From NCBI GenBank assembly GCA_963668715.1, contig OY764960.1, positions 719,602-783,601 of the forward strand: 64,000 nucleotides of DNA, read 5' to 3'. The translations under genes were made by a program, and so were the position numbers. This stretch comes from Bacteroidales bacterium (GTDB lineage: Bacteria; Bacteroidota; Bacteroidia; Bacteroidales; VadinHA17). Shown here piece by piece: positions 1 to 9,456 of this stretch (positions are counted from its first letter, which is position 1; the number at the start of each line of letters is the position of its first letter). Under the pieces are notes generated by a model. That model was not told where the DNA came from, made no database searches, and was given only the letters and a program-made list of their open reading frames with translations.

Positions 1-49
1 TGATTCATTTTTAAGCACTTCGGTTGCTTCTTACCGGTCATAATGCAGT

Positions 50-384
50 GCTAAACGAAGTTTACTCACTTTTGTGAGATCGCTTCGCTAAGTTCGTACT
101 GAGGAGGATCCAGACAAAAGCAAAACCAGATTGCGTTTAGCAACATACTACATGTACTTCATTGTTACTAATTCACGAAATTATTAGATATGGGAGTGAT
201 TATAAAAAATGACTAATGTCGAAAGGAAAAGGTTGAGAAGGAGTTGAGAAAAGTTTAGAATAAGTTTAAATGGTGTTGTAGTTTAACAGTAAAAGCTAAA
301 CAACTTAACACCCTTAACGAATAAACAACTAAACAAATAACCTATTTCACCACGGAGCACACGGAGCACCACGGTGACACACGG
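50..384 (+). repeat. Intergenic repeat element, copy R1 (conserved core plus low-complexity modules)
   Basis: Near-identical to 5655..5988 (about six substitutions and two short indels, counted by eye). Core is shared with 6770..6946. Complementary arms gctaaacg (50..57) and cgtttagc (134..141). 9-bp quasi-tandem cacggagca at 351..384. Confidence 0.8.
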
Positions 385-407
385 GGAAGATAGTGATTTG
401 AATTTTA

Positions 408-1780
408 TCATTCGTATTTCAATGTTTGAACAGGATTTCTATTTGCTGCCATCCAACTTTGCCATGTTACTGTAATAATTGATATAATTAAAACGACAAC
501 ACCCGATAGAATAAATAAATCCCAACTAATGCTGGTTCTGTATGCAAATTCCTGAAACCAATTTCTGACTAAAAAGAACCCAATAGGGCATGATATAACA
601 AATCCAATAATTGAAGCTGAAAGTAATTTAACATTTAACAATTTTAATATTTCGTTTACTTTAGCACCGTTTACCCTTCTAATCCCTATTTCTTTTATTT
701 TATGGGCTATTGAAAACAAAGACCAGCTAAAAAGTCCTAAGCATGCAATTACTATCGCTATAATTGAGAATATTATAATCAGATTTTTTAATTGTTTTTC
801 TTTCTTATACATGTGAGAAAACTTATCAGAGTATCCCTGATATTCAAAAGGAACATTTGGGGCAAAAGTTTTCCATTCCGATCTTAAAAAATTTATGGTT
901 TCCGCTCTATCCGCCATCGGGTTGAAACGGATTATAGCAAACCCGCCATTGCATTGATCGGGGATATATTTAAATGCAAAAGGTTCAATACTATTGTGTA
1001 GTGAAGTATAGTGAAAGTCTTTTACTACTCCAATAACAGGAATGCCCATTATTTTTGACTCGAAAGGGTCATCAGACAGGCCATATCTTTTTACGGCAGA
1101 TTCATTAATAATCCAACCATTTGTAATGGTTGATAAATCTAAACATTCTTTAACTTTAACGCCAGTAGCATTAAAAAAGTGCTTGTCAATATTCCTCCAT
1201 CTAAACGGGACATCTGACATTGTGTTTCCTTTATGCTCAATGGAAACAAAAGCTTTATTGCCGTCATTATTATATCCAAGAAATGAATTTATATAAGTAC
1301 AATCTTCAATATTGGGGTTTTTAAGTATATCTTCCCTGAAAGCTTGCATATTTCCTAATTTATATGATCCTCTTACTTCAATACAGTTAGCTTTATCAAA
1401 ACCTAAATCAGTTGAATTAAGGTATTTTGTCTGTTTAATAACAAATAAAGTAAAAATGATTAGTGAAGAAGAAACAACAAATTGGAAAACAACCAGGCTT
1501 TGCCTATAATATCCGGCACTTTTGCCTTTAGAAAACTTGTTCTTCAAATTATTAATGACATTTTCCCTTGTCATAATTAAAGCTGGAAAAAATCCGCAAA
1601 TTACACCAATAAATGAGGCAATTAAGATTGTAGTAAGTATTACACTGAATTTATTTAGAAGCTTATAATTTAAGCTAAAATCATTTGCTTTATTAAAAAT
1701 TTCAAACAAAAATTCGACTAATATCCTTGATAAAATTAAAGCCGCAAAGCACACTATGACTGACTTTATTATTGATTGAC
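408..1780 (-). pseudogene. ABC transporter permease (FtsX/MacB-type), C-terminal fragment separated from the N-terminal fragment by the IS21 insertion
   Basis: The ORF 408..1829 reads out of the IS end. The native part begins at SQSIIKSV. It has a second FtsX-like block (KEIGIRRVNGA) and C-terminal TM helices. It joins 4455..5496 in frame once the IS and one copy of the target duplication are removed. Confidence 0.85.
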
Positions 1781-1795
1781 TGCATATTCTCGCGC

Positions 1796-1944
1796 AAAAC
1801 GGACACTCATTCTTGCGGAAAGCGGACACGGATTCCTGCGGAAAGCGGACAGCAATTCTTGTTGAAAACGGACACGGATTCCTGCGGAAAGCGGACAGCC
1901 GCCCCTTTTGAAAGCGGACGGTGATTCTTGCTGAAAACGGACAC
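1796..1944 (+). repeat. IS21 left-end subterminal repeats (7 copies of AA[A/G]CGGACA[C/G], 23-bp period)
   Basis: Copies start near 1796, 1818, 1841, 1864, 1887, 1910 and 1933. The same motif occurs in inverted orientation at the right end. Confidence 0.85.
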
Positions 1945-2018
1945 TTTCATACACATCATTCATTTTCCACGGGATATCGGTATCTCTGTTGGCTTTATTA
2001 ACCAACAAGAGAATACAG

Positions 2019-3566
2019 ATGCCAAGAAAAAGGACCAACGTGGAAAAGATAAGAGAGATATTACGACTTAGTCAGGAATTACGATTTAGCATCCGGCAGA
2101 TTGCAGAGGCCACCCAGGTCAGCAAAACCAGTGTTGGGGAGTACCTGGCAGAATATAAGCGTTCCGGGTTAACCTACCAGGATGTTTTGGAAATGAACGA
2201 CATAGAACTTACAGAAGTCTTTGAAAAGCGAAATAAGATAGTCAATCCGCTTTATGAAGAATTATCCAATGAATTCCCTTATTATGAAAAAGAGCTTGCC
2301 CGGGTTGGCGTAACGCTCTATTTGCTTTGGGAGGAATACAAGGAAGGTAACCCTGAAGGGTTTAGTTACTCCAGGTTCTGTCATCATTATCGCATGTGGG
2401 AGAGCAAGCTGAAAGCGGGAATGCATATAGAGCACAAAGCCGGAGATCTGACATATGCAGATTTTACAGGCAAAAAGATGCATTATGTTGATCCGGATAC
2501 AGGAGAGGTCAAACCGGCAGAAATATTTATTACGATACTTGGTGCCAGTCAGTTGATTTATGTGGAAGGAGTAAAAAGTCAGAAGCTTGAAGACTGGATC
2601 TGGGCCAATGAGAATGCCTGGCGTTATTATGGAGGTGTCACCCGGGGGATATGCCCGGATAATTTGAAGTCAGCTGTTCACAAGGCATGTAATTATGAAC
2701 CCTTATTAAATGAGACTTATGATGATCTTGCCCGGCATTATGGTACAGTTGTTCTTCCTACCCGTCCTTTAAAACCAAAGGATAAATCTTTGGTTGAAAA
2801 TGCGGTACGCATTGTCTATCAACGCATTTTTGCTAAGCTAAGAAACCAGACGTTCTTTTCCCTGGGAGAGTTAAATGAAGCTATCCGGGAAGAGCTTGAA
2901 GAGATAAATAACGCTCCGTTCCAGCGCCGGGATATTAGTCGAAGAGAGTTATTTAATGAAATAGAAAAGAATGAATTGCGACCACTACCCAAAGAGCGAT
3001 ATGAGATCCGTCGTTACCAGGTGTCTAAAGTTGAATTTCACCACCATGTTTACCTAAGAGAGGACAAGCATTATTACAGCGTGCCCTATCAATATACCGG
3101 ACAGAAGGTCAAAACCATTTACACGAACAGGAATGTTGAGATATACAAGGATAGTGTTCGTATCGCGCTTCATAAAAGAGACCGCAGGCCTTATGGTTAT
3201 ACAACAGAGAAAGGTCATATGCCTGCAGAACATCAGTTTGTTGATGGTTGGAATACAGATCGTTTTGTAAAATGGGCCAAAAAGATGGGCGGTTCCGTAG
3301 AGATTTTTATAGGACTCCTGTTGGACAGCAAAGAACATCCTCAGCAAGCATTTAAATCTTGCATGGGAGTATTGAACCTAAGTAAAGGGTATAAACCGGA
3401 AGATCTGGAAATAGTATGCAGCAGGGCTGTTGAGTACAACTGTATCTCATTCAAGTTTATCAAGAACTGCCTGAAAAATAACACTCACAAAACAGAACAG
3501 GAAAACCAAATAGAAATAAAACTTCCTTTTCATCATAACATACGAGGAAAAGAGAATTACAAATAA
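2019..3566 (+). CDS. istA: IS21-family transposase IstA
   Basis: N-terminal HTH (IREILRLSQE..IRQIAEAT), a DDE-type integrase core region, and ~515 aa, all typical of IstA. Followed after 21 nt by istB. The ORF track starts at a TTG (1989); the ATG at 2019 is preferred. Confidence 0.9.
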   Translation: MPRKRTNVEKIREILRLSQELRFSIRQIAEATQVSKTSVGEYLAEYKRSGLTYQDVLEMNDIELTEVFEKRNKIVNPLYEELSNEFPYYEKELARVGVTLYLLWEEYKEGNPEGFSYSRFCHHYRMWESKLKAGMHIEHKAGDLTYADFTGKKMHYVDPDTGEVKPAEIFITILGASQLIYVEGVKSQKLEDWIWANENAWRYYGGVTRGICPDNLKSAVHKACNYEPLLNETYDDLARHYGTVVLPTRPLKPKDKSLVENAVRIVYQRIFAKLRNQTFFSLGELNEAIREELEEINNAPFQRRDISRRELFNEIEKNELRPLPKERYEIRRYQVSKVEFHHHVYLREDKHYYSVPYQYTGQKVKTIYTNRNVEIYKDSVRIALHKRDRRPYGYTTEKGHMPAEHQFVDGWNTDRFVKWAKKMGGSVEIFIGLLLDSKEHPQQAFKSCMGVLNLSKGYKPEDLEIVCSRAVEYNCISFKFIKNCLKNNTHKTEQENQIEIKLPFHHNIRGKENYK

Positions 3567-3587
3567 TAAATTTAATAGCAGAAAATT

Positions 3588-4322
3588 ATGAATCAAACAG
3601 CAACAATGCAGAAACTTGAGGAGATGCGACTGAGCGGGTTCTCAAGAGTCTATCGGAAAATGCAGGAATCAGGAATGAGTAAAGATTTTACCATAGATGA
3701 AGTTATTGCTCATCTTGTCCAGGCAGAATGGGATGATCGATATAATCGACGACTGGATCGACTAATAAAAAACGCCAGGTTCCGCTACCAGGCGAGCATG
3801 GAACAAATAGATTACATCGCTAAAAGAAAACTGGATAAAGTACAGATGCTGCGTTTATCGTCCTGTGAATGGATCAAAAGAAAACAAAGCATCATCATAT
3901 CCGGATACACAGGACTGGGTAAAAGCTTTTTGGCTTCTGCTTTGGGTCATCAGGCCTGTCAGCAGGGATATAAAGTATATTACCGTAACTGCTCAAAACT
4001 GTTCGATCAACTAAAAATGGCTAAGGCAGATGGCAGTTATATAAGCGAAATAAACAGGATAGAGAAACTGGACCTGTTGATCCTTGATGACTTCGGGCTT
4101 AAACCATTAGATAACAACCAGAGGCTGTTCTTGCTTGAGTTACTCGAAGACCGGCATGGTAAAAGGTCAACGATAATTACATCACAGCTTCCGGTTAAAA
4201 GCTGGTATGATGTTATTGGAGAACCTACGATCGCTGACGCGATCCTTGATAGATTAGTGCATAGTTCTCATAGAATAGAGCTCGATGGAGACTCGTTAAG
4301 AGAGAAATATAAAAATGATTAA
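3588..4322 (+). CDS. istB: IS21-family helper ATPase IstB
   Basis: Walker A GYTGLGKSF, Walker B LLILDDFG, 244 aa, immediately downstream of istA. Confidence 0.92.
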   Translation: MNQTATMQKLEEMRLSGFSRVYRKMQESGMSKDFTIDEVIAHLVQAEWDDRYNRRLDRLIKNARFRYQASMEQIDYIAKRKLDKVQMLRLSSCEWIKRKQSIIISGYTGLGKSFLASALGHQACQQGYKVYYRNCSKLFDQLKMAKADGSYISEINRIEKLDLLILDDFGLKPLDNNQRLFLLELLEDRHGKRSTIITSQLPVKSWYDVIGEPTIADAILDRLVHSSHRIELDGDSLREKYKND

Positions 4323-4360
4323 TTTTAGAAAATAATAAACGAAAATGAACGATGTGAAAA

Positions 4361-4441
4361 GTGTCCGTTTTCGTCGGGATCAGGTGTCCGTTTTGAACGG
4401 GAACAACTGTCCGCTTTCAGCGGGATTTAGTGTCCGAAATC
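4361..4441 (-). repeat. IS21 right-end subterminal repeats (4 copies, 23-bp period)
   Basis: gtgtccgttttc, gtgtccgttttg, ctgtccgctttc and gtgtccgaaatc at 4361, 4384, 4407 and 4430. These are reverse complements of the left-end motif. Confidence 0.85.
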
Positions 4442-4454
4442 GCAGGAATATGCA

Positions 4455-5496
4455 ATTGACTAACTAAAGAAAAGTCACCTGCACCCATTACTTTTTTAAC
4501 TCCTGTATCTTTTGAGCTTTCAAAGTTCCTGGCAATATCTATATTAATAAAGTTGATTATGGCGAGGATAAGTATTCCAAGTCCAACAAAAAAAAGCGTA
4601 AGGACATAGTTCCTGTTTCCATGGACAATATGATCATAATCAATTGGAGTACTAAAATGTAATTTAGAAAGAGGGACCAAATCAACTTTAACCTGGGATA
4701 GCATTCCTTCGGCCTCTTTATTCCCTCCCATTATATTAAATATGGAATGCCTGATTTTTTTAATGACTTCGTTTTTATCAGTATTTTTTCCTAATAAAAA
4801 ATAGCTGTCGCAACTACAGTTTTCATCATTCTCTAAATCCACTTTAGTAAGTTCTTTACATAAACTAAAAGGTAACAGTCCGTCAAATTTTATTGACGAG
4901 TTATCAGGCACATCAGCAAGAACAGCCCGTACAGTTAAGAAAATCGTATCGTTAACAATTAATTGCTTTCCATAAGCAGACGCTTCCCCGAATAATTTCG
5001 TAGAGACACTTTTAGTTATTGCTATAGAATTACGCTCGGTAAGGGTAAGGTTTAAATCGCCATCCAATGTTTTAAACGAAAAAATATCTGCAAAATCTTT
5101 ATTGGCATAAAACAAATTTAAATTGTCAATTTCTTTATCTCCGTATCTAATTTTTAAATTGTCAGAAAAGTACATGCCATGAGTATTGATTAAAGCAATT
5201 TTTAAAATTTCAGGGATGTCCTCTTTAAATTTTTGACTAACGGCGGAATTTATTTCACTTGTTTTTCCGATTGGGGAGTCTATAAATAGCCTGAATATTT
5301 GCGATCTATTATTGTGAAAAGAGTCGTGCGAAATTTCGTTGTATACATAAAGCCAGATTAATAACACAGACGCAAAGGCTACAGAAAGGCCCAGTATATT
5401 AATCAATGTAAATTTTTCCGGTTTAAAAACCCTGTTTAATAAAACTTTAATATGAAATGCTATCACAATTTTATTTTTTGATAACGATTTAATCAA
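4455..5496 (-). pseudogene. ABC transporter permease (FtsX/MacB-type), N-terminal fragment
   Basis: N-terminal TM helix, a large periplasmic MacB-like domain, then the start of an FtsX block (GVKKVMGAGDFSLVSQ) cut by the IS. Restored length is 1042+1373-6 = 2409 nt, which is in frame (802 codons plus stop). Confidence 0.85.
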
Positions 5497-5654
5497 TTAA
5501 TGCACCAAAATCGTATCCCTCTAATTTTTAATCAAATACAAAATCAGGCATTAGTCAATTTGTTATAAATAATTACAGTATCTGTAAAGAATCGTAACAA
5601 TTAATAAGGGTATTCATTTAGAAATGCTATTGCCTGTCTTGCTCACAACGCTGC

Positions 5655-5988
5655 GCTAAACAGAGTTTACTCACTTTCGTTCGTGAGATCGCTTCACTAA
5701 GTTTGTACTGAGGAGGATCCAGACAAAAGCAAAACCAGATTGCGTTTAGCAACATACTACATGTACTTCATTGTTACTAATTCACGAAATTATTAGATAT
5801 GGGAGTGATTATAAAAAATGACTAATGTCGAAAGGAAAAGGTTGAGAAGGAGTTGAGAAAAGAATGAGTTTAAATGGTGTTGTAGTTTAACAGGAAAAGC
5901 TAAACAACTTAACACCCTTAACGAATAAACAACTAAACAAATAACCTATTTCACCACGGAACACACGGAGCACCACGGTGACACACGG
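5655..5988 (+). repeat. Intergenic repeat element, copy R2
   Basis: Direct repeat of 50..384 on the other side of the disrupted permease gene. A long identical stretch runs from aggaggatccagac to gttgagaaaag. Confidence 0.85.
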
Positions 5989-6169
5989 TGAAAATAAAGT
6001 GAACAGTTTAACATAAACGCTGACACGCTGAAATATTTTCGCTATATCCTCTTCGGCTCTGCGCTTTGCAAGACCAGAAACTTAAAACCCGGAACGTGAA
6101 ATCAGGAAGCTCTGTATTGCATGCAGTCGTAATGCTTAGTTATCAGGCATAGTTTATTTACTTTTCAAA

Positions 6170-6628
6170 TTAGTTTTTTAAAAAGATGTAGCCATTTAAT
6201 GAGGTGGCGATTAATAACCAAATCAAGTAAGGGACTATTAAAAAGGATTTATGTTTTAGTTCGGGCCAGTAAAAGAATAACATAAATCCTATAAGTACAG
6301 TCAGCATGCTAATCAGCAGGAGGCCTCCTGAAATATTTTTATAATAAAAAAAGGTTGGACTCCATCCTATATTTAGGATTAATTGAATGATATACAGACC
6401 AATAAGAAGATTCTTATTCTCAATAACAGGCCATGAATAAGCCATATATAAGCTAAAACAGATCATAATTGTAGTCCATGCTGTTCCAAATACCCAACCA
6501 GGAGGAGTCCATGGGGCTTTATTCAATTCAATATACCAATCAGAGGGGACTCCTTTGCCAGTGAATAATCCTCCTATTGCAAGTGCCCCAAAATTGAGTG
6601 CTAAGAATAAAACAAGTCTAAAAACCAT
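6170..6628 (-). CDS. tspO: TspO/MBR family tryptophan-rich sensory protein
   Basis: 152 aa, five hydrophobic helices, Trp-rich motifs (APWTPPGWVFGTAWTTIM, GWSPTFF) typical of TspO. Confidence 0.85.
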   Translation of the reverse strand: MVFRLVLFLALNFGALAIGGLFTGKGVPSDWYIELNKAPWTPPGWVFGTAWTTIMICFSLYMAYSWPVIENKNLLIGLYIIQLILNIGWSPTFFYYKNISGGLLLISMLTVLIGFMLFFYWPELKHKSFLIVPYLIWLLIATSLNGYIFLKN

Positions 6629-6678
6629 AGGGTCTCCTTTCAGTTTAATTTCTTATTTACAATGACTTATAATTTATT

Positions 6679-6686
6679 CAAATTTA
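6679..6686 (-). promoter_or_regulatory. Candidate Bacteroidota -7 promoter element (TAAATTTG = TAnnTTTG) upstream of tspO
   Basis: Exact match to TAnnTTTG on the minus strand, 50 nt upstream of the tspO ATG. No clear -33 TTTG was seen. Confidence 0.3.
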
Positions 6687-6739
6687 TCCATTTTCAACAC
6701 TTTTTCCCAATCAGTTTTTATGTTTACAAAAAATTAATC

Positions 6740-7017
6740 GTGTTCGTGAGATGTAGAAATTATGTCTAACGCTTCGCTAAGTTCGCACCGAGGGCGAAAG
6801 CTGCCGGACTTGACCGGGCAGACTGTAAAGCCCGCAAGGGTGGGACCAAGTTGCGTTTAGCAGTATGTTCTATATGTTTCATTGTTACTAATTTAAGAAA
6901 TTATCAGATATGGGAGGGATTATAAAAAATGACTAACGGCGAAAGGCAAAGGGCTAAAGAAGAAGGTTGAGAAAGTTGAGAATGGGTTTAAATGGGTTAT
7001 TTAGGTTATTCATCGTT
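6740..7017 (+). repeat. Intergenic repeat element, divergent copy R3 (core with inserted GNRA-capped hairpins)
   Basis: It shares cgcttcgctaagttcg, ttgcgtttagca, and cattgttactaat..agatatggga..gattataaaaaatgactaa..cgaaagg with R1/R2. The segment between these differs and contains gcgaaagc, ctgccgg..ccgggcag and cccgcaaggg hairpins. Confidence 0.7.
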
Positions 7018-7265
7018 CCATTAATCCATTATTCCATTAATCCATTATTCCATTATTCCATTATTCCATTATTCCATTATTCCATTATTCCATTATTCCA
7101 TTATTCCATTATTCCATTATTCCATTATTCCATTATTCCATTATTCCATTATTCCATTATTCCATTATTCCATTATTCCATTATTCCATTATTCCATTAT
7201 TCCATTATTCCATTATTCCATTATTCCATTATTCCATTATTCCATTATTCCATTATTCCATTATT
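7018..7265 (+). repeat. Tandem 8-bp repeat (ccattatt) x31
   Basis: 28 perfect units at 7042..7265, preceded by ccattaat/ccattatt/ccattaat variants. It sits where R1/R2 carry other low-complexity modules. Confidence 0.97.
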
Positions 7266-7266
7266 C

Positions 7267-7300
7267 AAAAAAAGGCGTGAACCTCACGATCCACGCCTTT
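7267..7300 (-). terminator. Rho-independent terminator of the cytochrome operon
   Basis: On the minus strand: stem ggcgtg/cacgcc (7274..7279 pairs with 7292..7297) followed by a run of 7 T. It begins 20 nt after the stop of the 7320..7736 gene. Confidence 0.7.
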
Positions 7301-7319
7301 CATTCAATAATCAGTCACC

Positions 7320-7736
7320 TTATTTTTTGAATGTTCGCATATAGTTTACCATGTGCCATATGTCGGGGTCAGGTATCTTACCTTCGTAAGCTGGCATTTC
7401 GTCGCGACCAAACTTGGTTTTATAGAAATGTTCTCCGTCTGTCTGATCCTGATAGCCCGGTCCGGAAAAATCTCCGGCAAATGTCTTGAGCGCCCTGGCT
7501 TTTACACCGTCACCCAGCCCTGCTTTTCCATGGCATGATGCACAATTACGTTTGTAAAGCCCTTCTCCTTTCTGAATGCTTTCAGCATTAGCTTCAACAG
7601 GGTTTTCCATACTTTTATACTCAGCAGGCACTTCCCATGGTTCGGGCATCTTCTGCCTCTGAGGAGTCATAGAAACAAGTCCGAAGCCAAGTCCTGTCAG
7701 TAACAGAAAAAATGTAAAAAATTTCAGTGTTTTCAT
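7320..7736 (-). CDS. Class I c-type cytochrome (monoheme), periplasmic
   Basis: Signal peptide, a single CASCH heme motif, a downstream Met-containing segment (DEMPAY), 138 aa. Confidence 0.8.
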   Translation of the reverse strand: MKTLKFFTFFLLLTGLGFGLVSMTPQRQKMPEPWEVPAEYKSMENPVEANAESIQKGEGLYKRNCASCHGKAGLGDGVKARALKTFAGDFSGPGYQDQTDGEHFYKTKFGRDEMPAYEGKIPDPDIWHMVNYMRTFKK

Positions 7737-7829
7737 AACAGTTTATTTTTTATCCATTATTAATAATACAATTATCATGCAAAATATTTATTCATACTCT
7801 TCTCATAATCAATATGAACTAAGCTTAGT

Positions 7830-8456
7830 CTAATCATGTTCTTCATGATACCCGTTAATCATACTCCTGAACAATGTGCCCGGTTTGTCACCGAGTGTAC
7901 ATGTGTAAATATGTATAACGAGGAAAACCGAAAGAACAAACCCGACAATAATATGCAATAAATCGGTTATAAGCAGGCCGCTGACCCCGAAGAACTGCTT
8001 TATAGTTATCTCAGGCAGTAATAATCCTATGCCCGTAATAATGATCACCGGCATACCCAGGTACATTACCATTACATAGGATATTTTCTGAAGCGGATTG
8101 AACTTCTGGTTCTCCGTTACCGGAAAAGGGTGTTTTTCTTTTCTGAACATCCCGAAAGCATAGAACTTAAACTGAGTAAACAGATCGGCCCAGAAACTTT
8201 CCTTTTTAATCTTATAGTGCCTGTTGTTTTTGCTAACAATATTCCCTGTCAGAAATACAAGATAGTTAAAAACAAGTATTACGGCACAAACATTATGCAG
8301 CGTCACTGCATTCTGAAAAGTGATAAGCGAGAAAGACCTGTCGCCGCCTGCAAACTGCATGCTTATACCAGTAAAGATCAGAACAAGAAACAGCACGGCA
8401 TTCAGCAGGTGCCATAACCTTATCCAGACCGGATATAGATATAGTTTTTTTCCCAT
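7830..8456 (-). CDS. Membrane b-type cytochrome (Ni/Fe-hydrogenase/PhsC-like cytochrome b family)
   Basis: 208 aa with four TM helices carrying conserved His (RLWHLLN, TLHNV, LLHIIVG..VIHIY). Its start codon is 4 nt downstream of the stop of the multiheme cytochrome gene. Confidence 0.7.
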   Translation of the reverse strand: MGKKLYLYPVWIRLWHLLNAVLFLVLIFTGISMQFAGGDRSFSLITFQNAVTLHNVCAVILVFNYLVFLTGNIVSKNNRHYKIKKESFWADLFTQFKFYAFGMFRKEKHPFPVTENQKFNPLQKISYVMVMYLGMPVIIITGIGLLLPEITIKQFFGVSGLLITDLLHIIVGFVLSVFLVIHIYTCTLGDKPGTLFRSMINGYHEEHD

Positions 8457-8459
8457 TTT

Positions 8460-9443
8460 TTAACTCCTCCTTATTATTCTGAAAAATATATGTACCAGTA
8501 CTACCAGTACTACTCCGGCGAAAATGATATAGCTTAGTATGTTCAGTATAACATTCCTGTTGGCCCCGATAACATACGACTGGTTAAATATCACACCATT
8601 CAGGAAGCCCACATCAGTCCTTATTTCCTTACTCTGGTATTTATAAAGTGTTGCCAGCAGGCGTGAATCGGATGAATGACATTCCGTACATTTTTTCACA
8701 GCCTTGTCTTTCGGCAACAGCTTGTGTGCTACAAGTATGCTGTCGCTGATCTCAGTATGACATTCTATACAGCGGACATTCATAAAATGAGACGTCTGGT
8801 TTGGCAGCCATTCATGGGTTTGTACTATCTCCTTTTTCTCATTATCGCTCAAAAGCTTGAAATTATCATAATTAGAGTGGCATTCGAGACATATATTATT
8901 ATCATATAAGATTGTTTCCTCCAGGCTGGTAGTATTTCTTATATTTATCTCATAGCTATGTGGATCGTGGCATTTCCAGCATGTGAATCCTTCGATATCA
9001 TGATGAACGCTCTCCTCGTACTCGGCCCTTATCTCTTCAAAATTAAACATCGTGTACTGCTCGTCATACGCATGACAGTCATTACAATGATAGGGTTCCT
9101 CCAGTCTTGCCGAAGTGGGATGCGGAAATATTTCCATATCATATGAATGGCAATCGGTGCAGGCAAAGCTCCAGTGGTTTGAATGATAATAACTGTCTCT
9201 GTCGATATAGTAATCATCACACATCATACGTTTCTGAGTGACACCCAGTGTCGTATCGGTAAGTTCATAATAAGTTTCGCCATGACAAACAAGACATCTC
9301 TCATTATCCTCCGCAAACATACTGTTTTCTATGCCTTTCAGCACCTGGCTTTGTTCTTCGGGCTCCTGCAAAACAGGTCCTTTGTTATCTGTTAAAAAAA
9401 TAACAGATAACAATGCTGACAGTAATGTTAAAACTAACTTCAT
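8460..9443 (-). CDS. Heptaheme c-type cytochrome with C-terminal membrane anchor
   Basis: Signal peptide. Seven CxxCH motifs (CLVCH, CTDCH, CNDCH, CWKCH, CLECH, CIECH, CTECH). C-terminal TM helix (ILSYIIFAGVVLVVLVHIFF). Confidence 0.85.
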   Translation of the reverse strand: MKLVLTLLSALLSVIFLTDNKGPVLQEPEEQSQVLKGIENSMFAEDNERCLVCHGETYYELTDTTLGVTQKRMMCDDYYIDRDSYYHSNHWSFACTDCHSYDMEIFPHPTSARLEEPYHCNDCHAYDEQYTMFNFEEIRAEYEESVHHDIEGFTCWKCHDPHSYEINIRNTTSLEETILYDNNICLECHSNYDNFKLLSDNEKKEIVQTHEWLPNQTSHFMNVRCIECHTEISDSILVAHKLLPKDKAVKKCTECHSSDSRLLATLYKYQSKEIRTDVGFLNGVIFNQSYVIGANRNVILNILSYIIFAGVVLVVLVHIFFRIIRRS

Positions 9444-9456
9444 AAAGCTCCTTTAT

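Larger units (their letters stand above)
1781..4454 (+). mobile_element. IS21-family insertion sequence, complete (istA + istB)
   Basis: Terminal inverted repeats tgcatattc (1781..1789) and gaatatgca (4446..4454). 6-bp direct duplication attgac at 1775..1780 and 4455..4460. Internal istA/istB pair and multiple subterminal repeats. Confidence 0.93.

Noticed and set aside
1769-2038. 89-aa minus-strand ORF across the IS21 left end
   Set aside because: It lies entirely in the 23-bp-phased terminal repeats of the IS. The repetitive peptide (..SAFRRNPCPLSA..) is an artefact of those repeats.
50-5988. R1 and R2 plus the permease gene as a composite transposon
   Set aside because: R1 and R2 encode no transposase and are direct repeats, not inverted. 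The only transposition signature (the attgac duplication) belongs to the IS21 copy alone. A tandem-duplication or recombination origin is more likely.
7018-7265. Possible CRISPR array
   Set aside because: The units are 8 bp and contiguous with no spacers. No cas genes are present in the window.
6967-7344. 125-aa ORF with repeating PLFHYSII peptide
   Set aside because: It is purely the translation of the 8-bp tandem array. It has no start context, overlaps the terminator and the end of the cytochrome c gene, and any unit-number change not divisible by 3 would break the frame.
8460-9443. Multiheme cytochrome as NrfA/NrfH nitrite reductase or HAO
   Set aside because: There is no CxxCK active-site heme motif. 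The seven-heme count and C-terminal anchor do not fit NrfA (five hemes), NrfH (four, N-terminal anchor) or HAO (eight).
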